DNA of 64,000 nt, taken from Botryllus schlosseri. Taxonomy: Eukaryota. The stretch covers positions 1,426,001 through 1,490,000 of the forward strand of contig CM119371.1 of the NCBI GenBank assembly GCA_051294905.1. The letters run 5' to 3'. Made by a program: the position numbers and the translations under genes. The notes under the pieces are model-generated. The model had not been told where the DNA came from. It did not search any database and was given only the letters and a program-made list of their open reading frames with translations. Below, piece by piece: positions 46,951-58,587 of the stretch (its first letter is position 1; each line of letters begins with the position of its first letter).

Positions 46951-47847
46951 AGTTAGTCAGTCAGACTGTAGCGTCAGCGTGGGGAACGGGGATCAGCTAG
47001 TCGGCAAAAGTATCATACAGATCTTTACCTTATAAGCAATGCAATGTGCCAATGTTCCCTTCCCTCTAAGCTGCGCACGTGCGCAAATCACGGAGCTATA
47101 TAAACACGAAAATGCGCAGTGATGACACGGTCTCTGCGCACAGAAAACCTAAGTTGCGCACAAAAAATCCTAAGTGACGACATTTTTTTAGTCGTTACGC
47201 ACTTTGTCCAAGGGTCTGCGCAGTGAGTTGGTGAGTGTGCGTGGGAACAGGGTCAAACTACAACCCAACTGAATTCGCCAGTGTACATTCTGATTCATTA
47301 ACTTTTGGATCGCCGACCCCTTCAACTTTATACATGCGCGTAATCGTAAAATCGCTCAGCCTCACGACCCTTTTAGATTTGTTTAGAGCCCCCCGAGGGA
47401 CGTCTTTTCATCAGTTTGTTTTAGTGATAGCAATAAAGCATTCATCTTCAATTTCTCGATAAGCTGATCTCACTCCATGTTTGACACGAGGCAGGGCAAT
47501 CGATGTACGTGAGGCATTATCGACGTCACCCAGGAGAAATACCGGCGTCAAATCGATAGCGGCCATTCAGATCGATATTATATCTACTTTATATTCAGTT
47601 TAGTTATTTTTAAGTGCATAATGTTATTATTGCAAAAGATGCGATGCGAATCATCGACATTTAGAAGAACTATACGGGGTATTCCCTAAAGCGAGACTTG
47701 TTTGTTTCTGGCGCAATAGAAAATAGAAATGAGACAGAATTGGATAAGGTGGGGTGCAAATAACCTATTTTTAGATCGAAAAAGGAGGTTCTCGAATCTC
47801 GACAAATTACCGGTAATTTCAATAAAATTTAACATTAGATGATTGCC

Positions 47848-48258
47848 TGTTGCGGTCGCTGAACTGCCTATGTGATTCTGTGTAAGCTGTCTTCCCTTGA
47901 ACTTACAGCGCCGCAAAGTCCTATAAGTTTCCCGATGTAAATATACGCGATCTTGAAGTATGGTAGAAACAGTATATTGCTTGAAGTTCCAATTGATCGA
48001 ATTTCCTTATATCCAAATATAATAAGACACGATAGTAGCACGAATAAGATATTGTCCCAACAAGATCGGTAGATACAGTGAGGGAACGTCCGGTGGGCCA
48101 ATTACTATTGACAAACTGTACCCTATCACAGCTATATCCAGAATATTCCCTTAGACCAGACCAGGAAGTATCGTCAAGCATACGCCATCTAGCGAGTACA
48201 AGTATGGCTCCTAAATTATTGAACCCCCCAAGATTAACATGAAATGCCCACAGTAACA
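47848..48258 (-). repeat. 3' LTR of the BEL/Pao element
   Basis: No difference from 54523-54933 found by eye; identical ORF translations in both copies. Confidence 0.95.
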
Positions 48259-48316
48259 TACCCCCCCAAAAAAGTTATAAAATGACAAAGAACTTTTTTG
48301 CAAATTAAGTAAAACA

Positions 48317-51300
48317 TTAGTCCATTAGTGGCTCCTCGTCGGTGGAATCCTCGGTAACTTCCTCTGCAGCGAGAAGCACGACCAATTTGTGGATAGGTCG
48401 CTCCAAAAACTGCACATCGTTGATTCTTCTTCCGTACTGATCAATAGTACGGTCGGCGATGCGTATCTTGGCCTTTCGCACCAGCCCATCTGTCGAACTC
48501 GAAACCGAGTGTACGATTCCCAATTTCCAAGAGTTTCGCGGAAGGTCATCATCATGAATGATAATAATATCTCCCACGCGAACATTTCGACTAACTTTGC
48601 TCCATTTAGTGCGTTGTTGCATGCCAGGTAAAAACTCCCTTCTCCATCTGAACCAAAATTGATTCACAGCGTATTGTGTTCTTCTCCAGCGCCTTCTTGC
48701 ATAGAGATCTGGCTTGCCAAATTCCCCTGGAGGTGACAACAAAATTTTTGGTTTCATCGTTAACAGATGATTCGGTGTCAATGGTTCTGGCGCATTGACA
48801 TCACCCAAATTGATAACAGTTAGTGGTTTTGAATTTACCACATTTTCCACTTCTGCGAAAAAGGTTCTGAGTGATTCATCATCCAAATGTGAACCTATTT
48901 GACAAAGCAATGGTTCCAAAACACGACGCACCGTAAGAATTTGGCGTTCGACATTCCCATTCATATGACTAGCTTTTGGCACGTGAAAGTTGAATTCTAT
49001 CAGATCACAATTTTCAGACAATAGATAATCTCTGACCTTTTTCTGATTCATCTCACCCATCGCCTTTTGGAAAGCATTCTTTCCCCCAATGATATTGCTT
49101 CCGCAATCACTCAACAGTGATTTTATCGGCCCTCTCCTTGCAAGAAATCTTCTCAATGCATTAATGAATGAATCCAAGTCCATAGAGTTTGTCGTCTCCA
49201 AGTGTATAGCTCTGGATGACATACACGAGAAAATAACTCCGTACCTTTTCAATACGGATCGCCTTTCTTTGATTTCAAATGGCCCGAAGAAATCGCACGA
49301 GCAAAATGTGAATGGACCTTGCTCAGCCATTCTCGACTCTGGTAGATCGCACATCTTTTGTGCCGATAATGGTTTCCGTAATTTCCGACAAGTTATGCAT
49401 TGGTGGATGTGCTGAGAGACAGCGCTCACACCACCTATAATCCAATATCCATGTTGACGTATCTCATTGTGCGTAATTCCACGTCCCATATGATTGACCT
49501 TTCCATGAAAATGGCGAATGATCAAGTCCGTTACATGAGATTTCCGAGGCAGCAAAATTGGATTCTTGACTTCAGAAGACAAAGAGCTATTACGGATTCT
49601 TCCGCCAACTCTTATCAAGCCATCACAGTCCACAAATGGATCTAGTTTGTACAAAGGACTGTCTTTCTTTACAGTAGAACCCTTCGACTTTGATGCAGGA
49701 TCAAGACGTTCCATTTCATCCGGAAAGAATTCGCTCTGTAAGTCTTTCAAGATGATCCTTTCTGCCATTGACAACCTTTCAACAGTGAGAGAACTGTTTA
49801 TTGGCAAACCCTTCAATCTGTCTTTGAATTGCAGGCAGTTTGCAACAGCCCGTTTTGCCTTGAACCACGACGAAAACTGTTTCAAGTTCGTATTCCAAGA
49901 TTTAGATCCTGAATTTTCATTGGAAGTTGTACAGAATGACACAGTCTTCCTGACTTCCACATCTACCAAGTCATCCACAGATTCGCCTGATGGACGAGCG
50001 TCCTTTGGTATTTCAAATCTTCCCTCTTTCCACAAGAATTGCGGTCCATCCCACCATAACGAAAGTGATAAAAGTTTTTCCAGCGACATACCTCTGCTTG
50101 CAATGTCACTTGGATTATCATGTCCTGCCACATGCATCCATGCAGAAGAGTCTGTCAAATCATGTATCAGTTGAACTCTGTTTGCCACGAAAACATGAAA
50201 TCGCCTCGCTACGTTATTTATATATCCCAAAACAACATTGCTGTCAGTCCAAAAATACTCTTTCAAATTTTCATACCGCAACTCTGTGTTGAGAAATTTG
50301 CTCATCTTGGCGGATACCACAGCCGCAGTCAGTTCCATCCTAGGAATTGACACTTGCTTCAAGGGTGCAACTCTCGATTTTGACATAATGAGAGTGCAAT
50401 GCACTTTCCCTTTATCACTAACCAATCGGAGATATGAACATTGTCCGTATCCATACTCACAAGCGTCCGAAAAATGATGAAGCTCCACTTCCTCAATAGT
50501 ACCGAATTCATCAGGTTTCACACATCTTTTGATTTGAATTTTATCCAAATTATTCAAATCATTTAACCAATCTTCCCATCTACGAGCATAACTTTCTGGT
50601 AGCGCAGTGTCCCAATCTAGTTTCATTTTGCACAATTCTTGCAATAATACCTTTCCAACCAGAAGAACAGGGGCTAGAAAACCCATCGGATCGAAGATAG
50701 ATGATACGACACTCAATACCGTTCGTCTTGTTACTGGCTTCTCCACCAATTCCCTGTGGAACCGAAACACATCCAATGATGGATTCCATAAAATTCCCAA
50801 AGACCTCTCTGTTAACGACGACATAGTATCGAGGTCAATGTCCTGTAATCCCTTCGCCCTTTCCGATTTATCAATCGATTCCAATACTTGCATTTTGTTC
50901 GACACAAATTTATGCAGTCTCAATCCAGCCTTTCCACATATACCCACGCTGTTTTTCACCAATTCAACAGCTTCGTCCACAGTCTCTACCGAGGTTAATC
51001 CATCATCAACGTAGAAATTGGATCGAACAAATTCTGCAGCCTTGCAGCCGAACTCTTGCTCTCCATCATCAGCGGCCAACTTCATGCCATACATGGCCGC
51101 GCCTGGCGATGAGACACTTCCAAAGGGAAATACCTTCATACGATACTCTAAAAGTTCCTTTGAAAGATCTCCATCTTTCCACCACAGAAATCTCAGCATA
51201 TCACGATCCTTTTCATTGACATAAAATTGAAAAAACATTTTCTCAATGTCCGCCATGATGGCTACTTCGTTTTTTCTAAATCTCAACAAGATTCCCGTCA

Positions 51301-54268
51301 TATTGTCCATCAAATTCGGTCCGCTCAATAGTACGTCATTGATGCACAGACCACCGTACTTGGCGCTCATATCATTTACAATACGAAGACTTCCTTTCTT
51401 GTTATGAAATACAGGAGAATGAGGTATGTAGTTGATACGACCATTCTTTAAATCAAGTATGTTTTCTGGAACCTTTTCCGCGTACTTTTCAATTGTCAGA
51501 TTCATTTGATCCTTATACTCCTCATGAAGATTCTGGTTTTTACCCAATCGTCGTTTGACCTGCTCTGCTCTTTTCTCCGCCAAAGGCCTGTTGTTTGGCA
51601 CTCTAACATTGTCGTATTTCAATGGCAGAGGGAATTCGTAATGCCCGTCCTCTCTCCTTGAAACACCGTTTGAGAGGATGTCCATAAAACGCTTGTCCTC
51701 AACCGACAAAGAAGCTTCCAAATTCCTATGTTCGATGAAATCCATTTCTAGCAAATGATTGATATTCTGTGGACACATAATTTCCTTCGTCTTTGTCATG
51801 TATACAAAGGCGGTATTCCCTTCAGCAACAACTTCTGAAGTTTCGAAGCCATCTTCCATCTGTGCATCTGTCACAATAGTATGATGCGATACCACACTAG
51901 ATGATTCACCCTTCAAGTCCATACAAACATTACCAACGATTCCCCAACCAAACATAGATAGTTGACCATACGGATCCTCATCATCACCGGCTACAACCTC
52001 ACGAGGACGTAAGGCGTTAGGAACATCAGTGCCAATTATTATTCCAACTTTCATAGATGGGTCATAGGGCATAATTTTATCCGCAATGCTCCGAAGATGA
52101 GCCCACTCTCTTGCAACCTGAGGTTTAGGGATTTGTGAAATTTTAATTGGAATTTTTGCTCTTGTGTACACTTGAGGAATAGTGACAGAAGAGGTTTCAT
52201 CGATACTTGAGACTTTTATTCCAGTGATCCTGCTTGAGTTAATAACTGCATCAGATTTATACAATGTGGACATCTGTAACTTAGTATTGACAGATTCCAG
52301 TCCTAAGGTTTCCTTTAGATCATCAATGATGAAAGTCCGATTACTTTGACCATCTAGTGCACAATAACATTTGACCTTCTTGGAAGGATTGGCAGCAGTA
52401 CTCACATATACCGGAACGATCATAGAATTTTGCTTACCTTCCTTCTGTCCTTCCTTGGAGCACACTTGCGTACATTTCGAGTCCACCTCATCAGGTTTAA
52501 CATGCAGAGATGTCAAATGCCTCCTTTTGCATATCCTGCAAGTTATTCTTGCTGTACAGTCCTTGGCCATGTGGTCTTGCGATGAGCCACAACCAAAACA
52601 TAGTCCTCGTTTCATGATAAATTCCCGTTTGTCGATATGGGATAGCTTTCCAAAGCCTTCACAATCATCAATGTGATGTGGTTCTTCACAAAAGTAACAC
52701 TTTGTCCTTGTAACACTCGTGTCGTCCTGACATTCTGTCGAGAACGATGTGACCTTAAATTTTCCCTTGTAAGAGTCTCTATTGCTCACTACTTCAGGAG
52801 TGCCAATTTTTCCTTTGTCATTTGGCGAATCCAGATCATCCAATTCTGGAATATTCATCTTTTCGGCACAGACATCGACAAATCCTGCCACTTCTTTCAA
52901 TGGTGGATATGACGCCTCACCATATTTACTTCGCCATTTGTAAACTTCATCCCGCCATTTACCTCTCAGAAATTGCGGTAGTTTTCCAATGATTTTATTA
53001 CTTTCAATAGCATAGTTCAAAACACCAAGAGCAGGTATTTTCTGCTCAGCTGCTGCGATTTGATCCAAAAAATCTGCAAATTTTCTCAGACCAATCCCAT
53101 CTTTGACATTGATTTTTGGCCAAGAAGATAGTCGATTCAAAAATGCATTCCCAACTACATTGTCGTTGCCGTATCTATTTTTCAATCTCTTACGTGCCTT
53201 TTCATAGGCATCTCTACTCTGCAAGAGCAGTAAACCTTTTATCATTTCCTTAGGCTCACCAGATAGATGTGACTCTAGATAGTTCAAGAGCTCATGCACA
53301 TTGCATGTCTTCGACTGAATCAATGCATCAAACGAAGTTTCCCAGGCTAAATATTCAAGAATATTGCCATCAAAAACACCAACCTTAATTTCTGGTAGAC
53401 CACACGATCGCGCCAACATGGCATTCGAAACAGCCAATTCCTTCAAAACCTGATCCAGGTTTGCATTACCATGATATATCCCATGAGCACCATCGTTATT
53501 AGGTGCTCTATCCATTACATTTTCGGTGTTATCCAGTACACTACTCGGTGTCGACTTCCGCCCTCTATCAATTAGCCTTTGCAAGTCTCGTTGATTCTGA
53601 GCCGATAGGTCTTTCATCTTCTGCTCGTTGTCTCGTTGATTCTGAGCCGATAGGTCCTTCATCTTCTGCTCGTTGTCCCGTTTCATTTGTTCAACCAGCA
53701 GAGCAGTCTCTCTTTCGGGAGAGTTCGAATCTTCTAATACAGCGAACCTATTCCGTCTTGGAGTGGGCTCAGAGAACTTAGCCTTCACTTCGCCGTTGTA
53801 TTCGTCCAGATAATCCTTTGCTTCGTAGCCAGTCTCTTCTACACGACCTTGTATATCCTTGAATGAACAAGAAATTGCATTCGATTCCTCTGGCCTAAGA
53901 CGAGGCTCAAGATCACTCCAAAAATCTTGCAGTAGAGCAAACTTCTTCTGCATATCTAAATATGTTTTTAAAACATATTCCCGATCGTCCCGCGACTCTA
54001 GCAGGTCATTCAAACATCTGCACTGTCGCAATACCTCTTTGACATGGAAGTCAAACTCTTGCTTCATGTTTTCAATAACTGCGGAGGTTCCTCTAGTTCT
54101 CCTGTCCGATATCACGGTTTGGCCACGCTTGTAATCCTCATGCATAATTCTATTAGGATCCGAATCTACGTTATCTTCACCCACCAAAGTAGAATTACTT
54201 GAATTAACACCTTTGCGGCCGTCACCAGAAGCCTTCGCCGACTTCTTCCTATTTCTGCCAGGAGTCAT
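48317..54268 (-). CDS. BEL/Pao Gag-Pol polyprotein (1983 aa from the first ATG)
   Basis: Gag FDGNILEYLAW; three Cys-His boxes (CYFCEEPHHIDDC, CFGCGSSQDHMAKDC, CRICKRRHLTSLH); protease CALDGQS; RT FYVDDGL; Pao RNase H LHHFSDAC/IPRMEL/FWTDS/NPSDIASRG; integrase H-H-C-C, CDFFGPF, SDCGSN, GNVER. Confidence 0.96.
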   Translation of the reverse strand: MTPGRNRKKSAKASGDGRKGVNSSNSTLVGEDNVDSDPNRIMHEDYKRGQTVISDRRTRGTSAVIENMKQEFDFHVKEVLRQCRCLNDLLESRDDREYVLKTYLDMQKKFALLQDFWSDLEPRLRPEESNAISCSFKDIQGRVEETGYEAKDYLDEYNGEVKAKFSEPTPRRNRFAVLEDSNSPERETALLVEQMKRDNEQKMKDLSAQNQRDNEQKMKDLSAQNQRDLQRLIDRGRKSTPSSVLDNTENVMDRAPNNDGAHGIYHGNANLDQVLKELAVSNAMLARSCGLPEIKVGVFDGNILEYLAWETSFDALIQSKTCNVHELLNYLESHLSGEPKEMIKGLLLLQSRDAYEKARKRLKNRYGNDNVVGNAFLNRLSSWPKINVKDGIGLRKFADFLDQIAAAEQKIPALGVLNYAIESNKIIGKLPQFLRGKWRDEVYKWRSKYGEASYPPLKEVAGFVDVCAEKMNIPELDDLDSPNDKGKIGTPEVVSNRDSYKGKFKVTSFSTECQDDTSVTRTKCYFCEEPHHIDDCEGFGKLSHIDKREFIMKRGLCFGCGSSQDHMAKDCTARITCRICKRRHLTSLHVKPDEVDSKCTQVCSKEGQKEGKQNSMIVPVYVSTAANPSKKVKCYCALDGQSNRTFIIDDLKETLGLESVNTKLQMSTLYKSDAVINSSRITGIKVSSIDETSSVTIPQVYTRAKIPIKISQIPKPQVAREWAHLRSIADKIMPYDPSMKVGIIIGTDVPNALRPREVVAGDDEDPYGQLSMFGWGIVGNVCMDLKGESSSVVSHHTIVTDAQMEDGFETSEVVAEGNTAFVYMTKTKEIMCPQNINHLLEMDFIEHRNLEASLSVEDKRFMDILSNGVSRREDGHYEFPLPLKYDNVRVPNNRPLAEKRAEQVKRRLGKNQNLHEEYKDQMNLTIEKYAEKVPENILDLKNGRINYIPHSPVFHNKKGSLRIVNDMSAKYGGLCINDVLLSGPNLMDNMTGILLRFRKNEVAIMADIEKMFFQFYVNEKDRDMLRFLWWKDGDLSKELLEYRMKVFPFGSVSSPGAAMYGMKLAADDGEQEFGCKAAEFVRSNFYVDDGLTSVETVDEAVELVKNSVGICGKAGLRLHKFVSNKMQVLESIDKSERAKGLQDIDLDTMSSLTERSLGILWNPSLDVFRFHRELVEKPVTRRTVLSVVSSIFDPMGFLAPVLLVGKVLLQELCKMKLDWDTALPESYARRWEDWLNDLNNLDKIQIKRCVKPDEFGTIEEVELHHFSDACEYGYGQCSYLRLVSDKGKVHCTLIMSKSRVAPLKQVSIPRMELTAAVVSAKMSKFLNTELRYENLKEYFWTDSNVVLGYINNVARRFHVFVANRVQLIHDLTDSSAWMHVAGHDNPSDIASRGMSLEKLLSLSLWWDGPQFLWKEGRFEIPKDARPSGESVDDLVDVEVRKTVSFCTTSNENSGSKSWNTNLKQFSSWFKAKRAVANCLQFKDRLKGLPINSSLTVERLSMAERIILKDLQSEFFPDEMERLDPASKSKGSTVKKDSPLYKLDPFVDCDGLIRVGGRIRNSSLSSEVKNPILLPRKSHVTDLIIRHFHGKVNHMGRGITHNEIRQHGYWIIGGVSAVSQHIHQCITCRKLRKPLSAQKMCDLPESRMAEQGPFTFCSCDFFGPFEIKERRSVLKRYGVIFSCMSSRAIHLETTNSMDLDSFINALRRFLARRGPIKSLLSDCGSNIIGGKNAFQKAMGEMNQKKVRDYLLSENCDLIEFNFHVPKASHMNGNVERQILTVRRVLEPLLCQIGSHLDDESLRTFFAEVENVVNSKPLTVINLGDVNAPEPLTPNHLLTMKPKILLSPPGEFGKPDLYARRRWRRTQYAVNQFWFRWRREFLPGMQQRTKWSKVSRNVRVGDIIIIHDDDLPRNSWKLGIVHSVSSSTDGLVRKAKIRIADRTIDQYGRRINDVQFLERPIHKLVVLLAAEEVTEDSTDEEPLMD

Positions 54269-54522
54269 TATGAAACCAGAGTACACCAACTTACTGTTTT
54301 CTCCAACAGAAGTGTGTCCTTTCTCCAATATCAGTATAAATGAAGCAAGTCCTATTACCGGCACCAATCCACACAATATGGAATTGTCCTTTACTTATGT
54401 ACCGATAGTCGTCCTGTGTTACTGTTCCGCTTCCTGGCGTTGAATTGTATATTCCAATACAATACTCCACCAAGGGACCTTTGTTGTGTTTACTCCACGA
54501 CCGGACCTTTAGCTGTATCTAC

Positions 54523-54933
54523 TGTTGCGGTCGCTGAACTGCCTATGTGATTCTGTGTAAGCTGTCTTCCCTTGAACTTACAGCGCCGCAAAGTCCTATA
54601 AGTTTCCCGATGTAAATATACGCGATCTTGAAGTATGGTAGAAACAGTATATTGCTTGAAGTTCCAATTGATCGAATTTCCTTATATCCAAATATAATAA
54701 GACACGATAGTAGCACGAATAAGATATTGTCCCAACAAGATCGGTAGATACAGTGAGGGAACGTCCGGTGGGCCAATTACTATTGACAAACTGTACCCTA
54801 TCACAGCTATATCCAGAATATTCCCTTAGACCAGACCAGGAAGTATCGTCAAGCATACGCCATCTAGCGAGTACAAGTATGGCTCCTAAATTATTGAACC
54901 CCCCAAGATTAACATGAAATGCCCACAGTAACA
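54523..54933 (-). repeat. 5' LTR of the BEL/Pao element
   Basis: Upstream of the polyprotein ATG on the minus strand; TG...CA termini. Confidence 0.95.
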
Positions 54934-55699
54934 TTGCCCCCATTTTACAGCCGGCAACTTCCCAATTTATGCGCTTGAGGGGGTAAAATTGCCCATCTGC
55001 CATCTCGAGAACTACTGGTCGTACATTCATAATATATAGCTCGATAGCTGCCAAACGTCATGTGTCTATCTGTCTTAAGAAGAAAATTTTCTCTATTGTT
55101 TAGTGGACAAACACCTTTTCTAAACAACTTGCGTATCAAGCATATTTGTTGATGGTGCAAAACCAAAACATACCGGTTGGTCCGGTATCGATACTTATGG
55201 TTTGGCATTGACGATCATCTAATGAAAAGTGGACGGTAAATAACACCGTGTAACAAGGAAGAGACGAATTTGCTTATCAATCTTTTCGGTTAGCGTGAAG
55301 TGCAGTATCAAGCGCATTTATAATAAGAATCTGTCCCGTGCTTTTCCGAGTTGTGAAATAGGCTATATTAGTATTATACTTGTAAATTTCCATACCTTTT
55401 AGTGATAACACTGGCTGGCTGGCAGACTTCTGATAACCCACCTTGTAATCACTACAATTTGATTACATGTTTGTGCAATGCAGAGTCCCGTTCAAACTAT
55501 CTACTCTATTTTGGCTCTTGTGTTTCTTATGAATCTTCACCATTTTCTATACGGTATTCCATCCATTGTACTGTCAAATGTCATCGAATTGTAGGGTAGA
55601 AGTCTCTAATAGCATTCACCTATTACGGGTCTGTCAGGATTTCTAAGCAAATTGTAAACAGTTACGTTCAAATCTTGCAGCAATATGGCGTAGGATAAG

Positions 55700-56165
55700 T
55701 CAATAGCAGATGAGCTGCCGATATCACTACATATGATCAACTGCAACTACAATATGATCAGGACGGAACACAAGAAAACGCATTGTTCCATCAAGTATGC
55801 CGGACCCCAATCGTGGAACATCTGGCCGACTATCAGACAATCGTCGAGCATGTCCGTACGGTATTCAAGTCGAAATACAAGCAATTTCATCTGAATGAAA
55901 ACTAGCCAGCCTCCAGGATCACCGGACCACGACCTAACACATCGATCTTGCCTTCCGTCACATGCCAACTCATTTTGTCGCTTGCCTTTTCTATTCTCAG
56001 CTTTAATGTTCAATCGGTGTGCATGTCTCTTCTCTACCTAGCCTAGGCCAAGGTTGGGGTCTGATTTCAAAGACTATTCCAAGTCGTTTAGGCACCTTCC
56101 TATCTTTTCGTTGTATCGCAGTTTTGTGGCGTTTTGACATTATGAAAATATTAATAAAACTGATA
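55700..56165 (+). mobile_element. Degenerate LINE 3' end (ORF2 tail plus 3' UTR)
   Basis: CSIKYAGPQSWN and VFKSKYKQF...stop in broken frames, then a UTR ending near AATAAA at about 56152. Confidence 0.65.
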
Positions 56166-58555
56166 CTGACAATGATATCACTTCCGTTATATATTCCAAA
56201 CGCGACACGATTGCAAGGCAATGAAATGGTACATCACCTAACGAATTGATGCCAGTAAGACAAAGCTGCTTGACAACTCCAAAAATTAGAAGCAGCCTAC
56301 TTCATTACTGACGATACCATAGCAAAAATCGCTTAATACATTACACATAGCTGCAATTTTTGAAAGTATTTTCAGTTATTGTCATATATATTTCACCTAG
56401 TTGTTATGACATACACTGATAAAAGTGATTCGAATACAACCTCGACCTACTTGCTACTAAATAGGCATAGGTAGTTTTCGTTCTTTCCATGTTTTTTCGC
56501 AGGATATACACCGACTCAAGTAGCCTAGCAATGGCATGATACAGTTTCACACGATCTGTGCATGTGCAATTTCAACTGATTCATATCGCTGAATTCGATG
56601 AGAATTAAGTAGAGGTGCACCATTCTGGCGTTTTCCAGTTCTCTTGCCAGGCAGTTCCAGCATGCTGGTCAATATCATTTCCGAGCAGAGCAGTGGAATT
56701 CCACGATTCTTCAAGGGCTATCTGGATCATCTTGGCCTTTATGGATGTCGTTTTGACAAGTTCTTATTCTCTTTGGAACATTGCATCACATTGCATTGCA
56801 TTCACATCGTTTTCGGTCTGCAAATAAACGAGGGGTCAACACTATATAGGGTATGTTGCAGTTTGAAAGAAATATTGGTATTTGCCATTGGAGGTAATAA
56901 ATATCGCCAATTTTCATGGCATCGCAAAACACAGTAGTAGGATTCAGAGAATTATAATTTACAAAGGCTATATACTGAGAATATCGATCGATTTTCAATA
57001 GCTTACAGGTCACAGTGGTCACGTAGTCATTGTTGGTGCTCAAGTAGAAGTATCGTCATACAATCTCGAGTACAACCATACCATATTTTTCAGGTATGAT
57101 ACGTCTCAACGTATAATACGCACCCTTAAAATGGCATGTAAATTCAGGGAAAAGGCACGCACCCAGTTTATCGAAGTTTTCTTCATAGAGTCATTTCCAA
57201 AAATCAAGGTCAACACAGAATGTAATGACGACAACAGCATGCAATTTGAAACCAAGTATCTGAACATTAATTAAATGAGAAATTTCCTACTGCCCCTTAA
57301 ATATCACTCCAAAACTAACAAGAAATATATGCACATTTGAGTTGGATACCTTGTGATACGGAGATAAACAGTGACCTTGGATATATAAAAACCATTTTAA
57401 GAAATTCCACAAATTTTACATGCCAATTATCAGTCCGCTTCGGTGAGGTGTATACCCAAAATTATACCCTTTGCGACCCATACTTTGAGGACCCTTGCGT
57501 TACATAGGGTTACCATACGTCCTTTAGGAGGATTTGACCTCATTTTCAAGGTTTTAGAAAATGTCCTACTTTTTGAGATTTTGTCTCGAGATACAGTAAA
57601 TCAGCACTAAAATAACGCTTCACCGGCTATTTCGGGAGCTGAGCCAAAAAGTTGACCTGTTTTTGGTCAACGACCGTTAAATATTGACTGTACCTTTTGC
57701 AGACATCTGAGAGTATAATATAGTCTCGCCCACACCAAAGTTGCAGCCTTACCTGTCGAGATACGAATTCCTCTTGTCCTACTTTTCATTATTTTGCTTC
57801 TTATGCTGATTGAGAACCCTTTTCATAGCAGTCCTGCTGTCTCCTTGATGCACTCAAATCTCTTTCCCGTTCAGGAGTTCGCCTGAAATGGCAGCCACAC
57901 ATATGTTTACAGACATACTTGTACAAACTAACAATCCAGTTAGTTGGCGATCAACTAACTAGTGATTATTCAGTACTTCAGTAGTTCTAGTTGTGGATTT
58001 TGAAAAGCGAGTAGTTCTAGCCTAGCTCATGTTTTGGATTTCATAAAGTTAGCAGTGCTAGGGGTTCGCCTACTCAAGTCACGATTTTTGGTGACTCGAC
58101 TTGACTCGAGTCATTTCTACAAATGCGTAAAATGACTGGAATCGAATTAATTTGATTATTGACTCTAACCACGTCATATGACTCGAAACTGGGACGGTCA
58201 AGACCAATTGTAACTTCAAATAATAGTTAAGTAATCGTATTATTGGTATTTCGGCTACCGGTCAGGATATTCGGAAAGTAGGGTCAGGAACTGTTAGAAT
58301 TGAGGAAATTTATGATATTATGTCTGCGGGCAATTCTATTTCACTAGAGTGCAGTTGAAAGAGTGGGTGGAATCGGATTGAACTCAAAACTTAACAGTGA
58401 ACACAATGACTCGTACTCGCGTCAAAACTATAAAAGTGAGATTGACTCGTGACTCGGATCCTTGCGACTTGATCACAACCCTGATTTGTTTTGCCTCGTT
58501 TTCTCCGACAACTCAACAATTTCATGAGGTTTACAGTAAAATTAAATTAGAAAAA

Positions 58556-58558
<3 letters not shown>

Positions 58559-58587
<29 letters not shown>
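58559..58587. repeat. (TA)n microsatellite
   Basis: Directly visible run. Confidence 0.95.

Larger units (their letters stand above)
47848..54933 (-). mobile_element. Full-length BEL/Pao LTR retrotransposon
   Basis: 411-bp LTRs at 47848-48258 and 54523-54933 (TGTTAC...GCAACA on minus); 5-bp TSD TTGCC; G7 polypurine tract at about 48261-48267; single long ORF. Confidence 0.97.

Noticed and set aside
47868-48259. ORFs of 77-152 aa within and across the LTRs
   Set aside because: Their duplication just reflects LTR identity; non-ATG starts or run-ins from flanking repeats, with no recognisable domain.
48325-54473. About 25 short ORFs overlapping the BEL/Pao polyprotein, and the 36-codon non-ATG extension 54269-54376
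   Set aside because: Antisense or alternate-frame shadows of a long ORF; the extension has no ATG and lies in the leader.
56040-56135. Conserved short peptide FRHLPIFSLYR shared with 12840-12935
   Set aside because: Only 5 of 14 differing codons are synonymous, close to neutral expectation, and the segment follows a LINE ORF2 stop, so it is better explained as 3' UTR.
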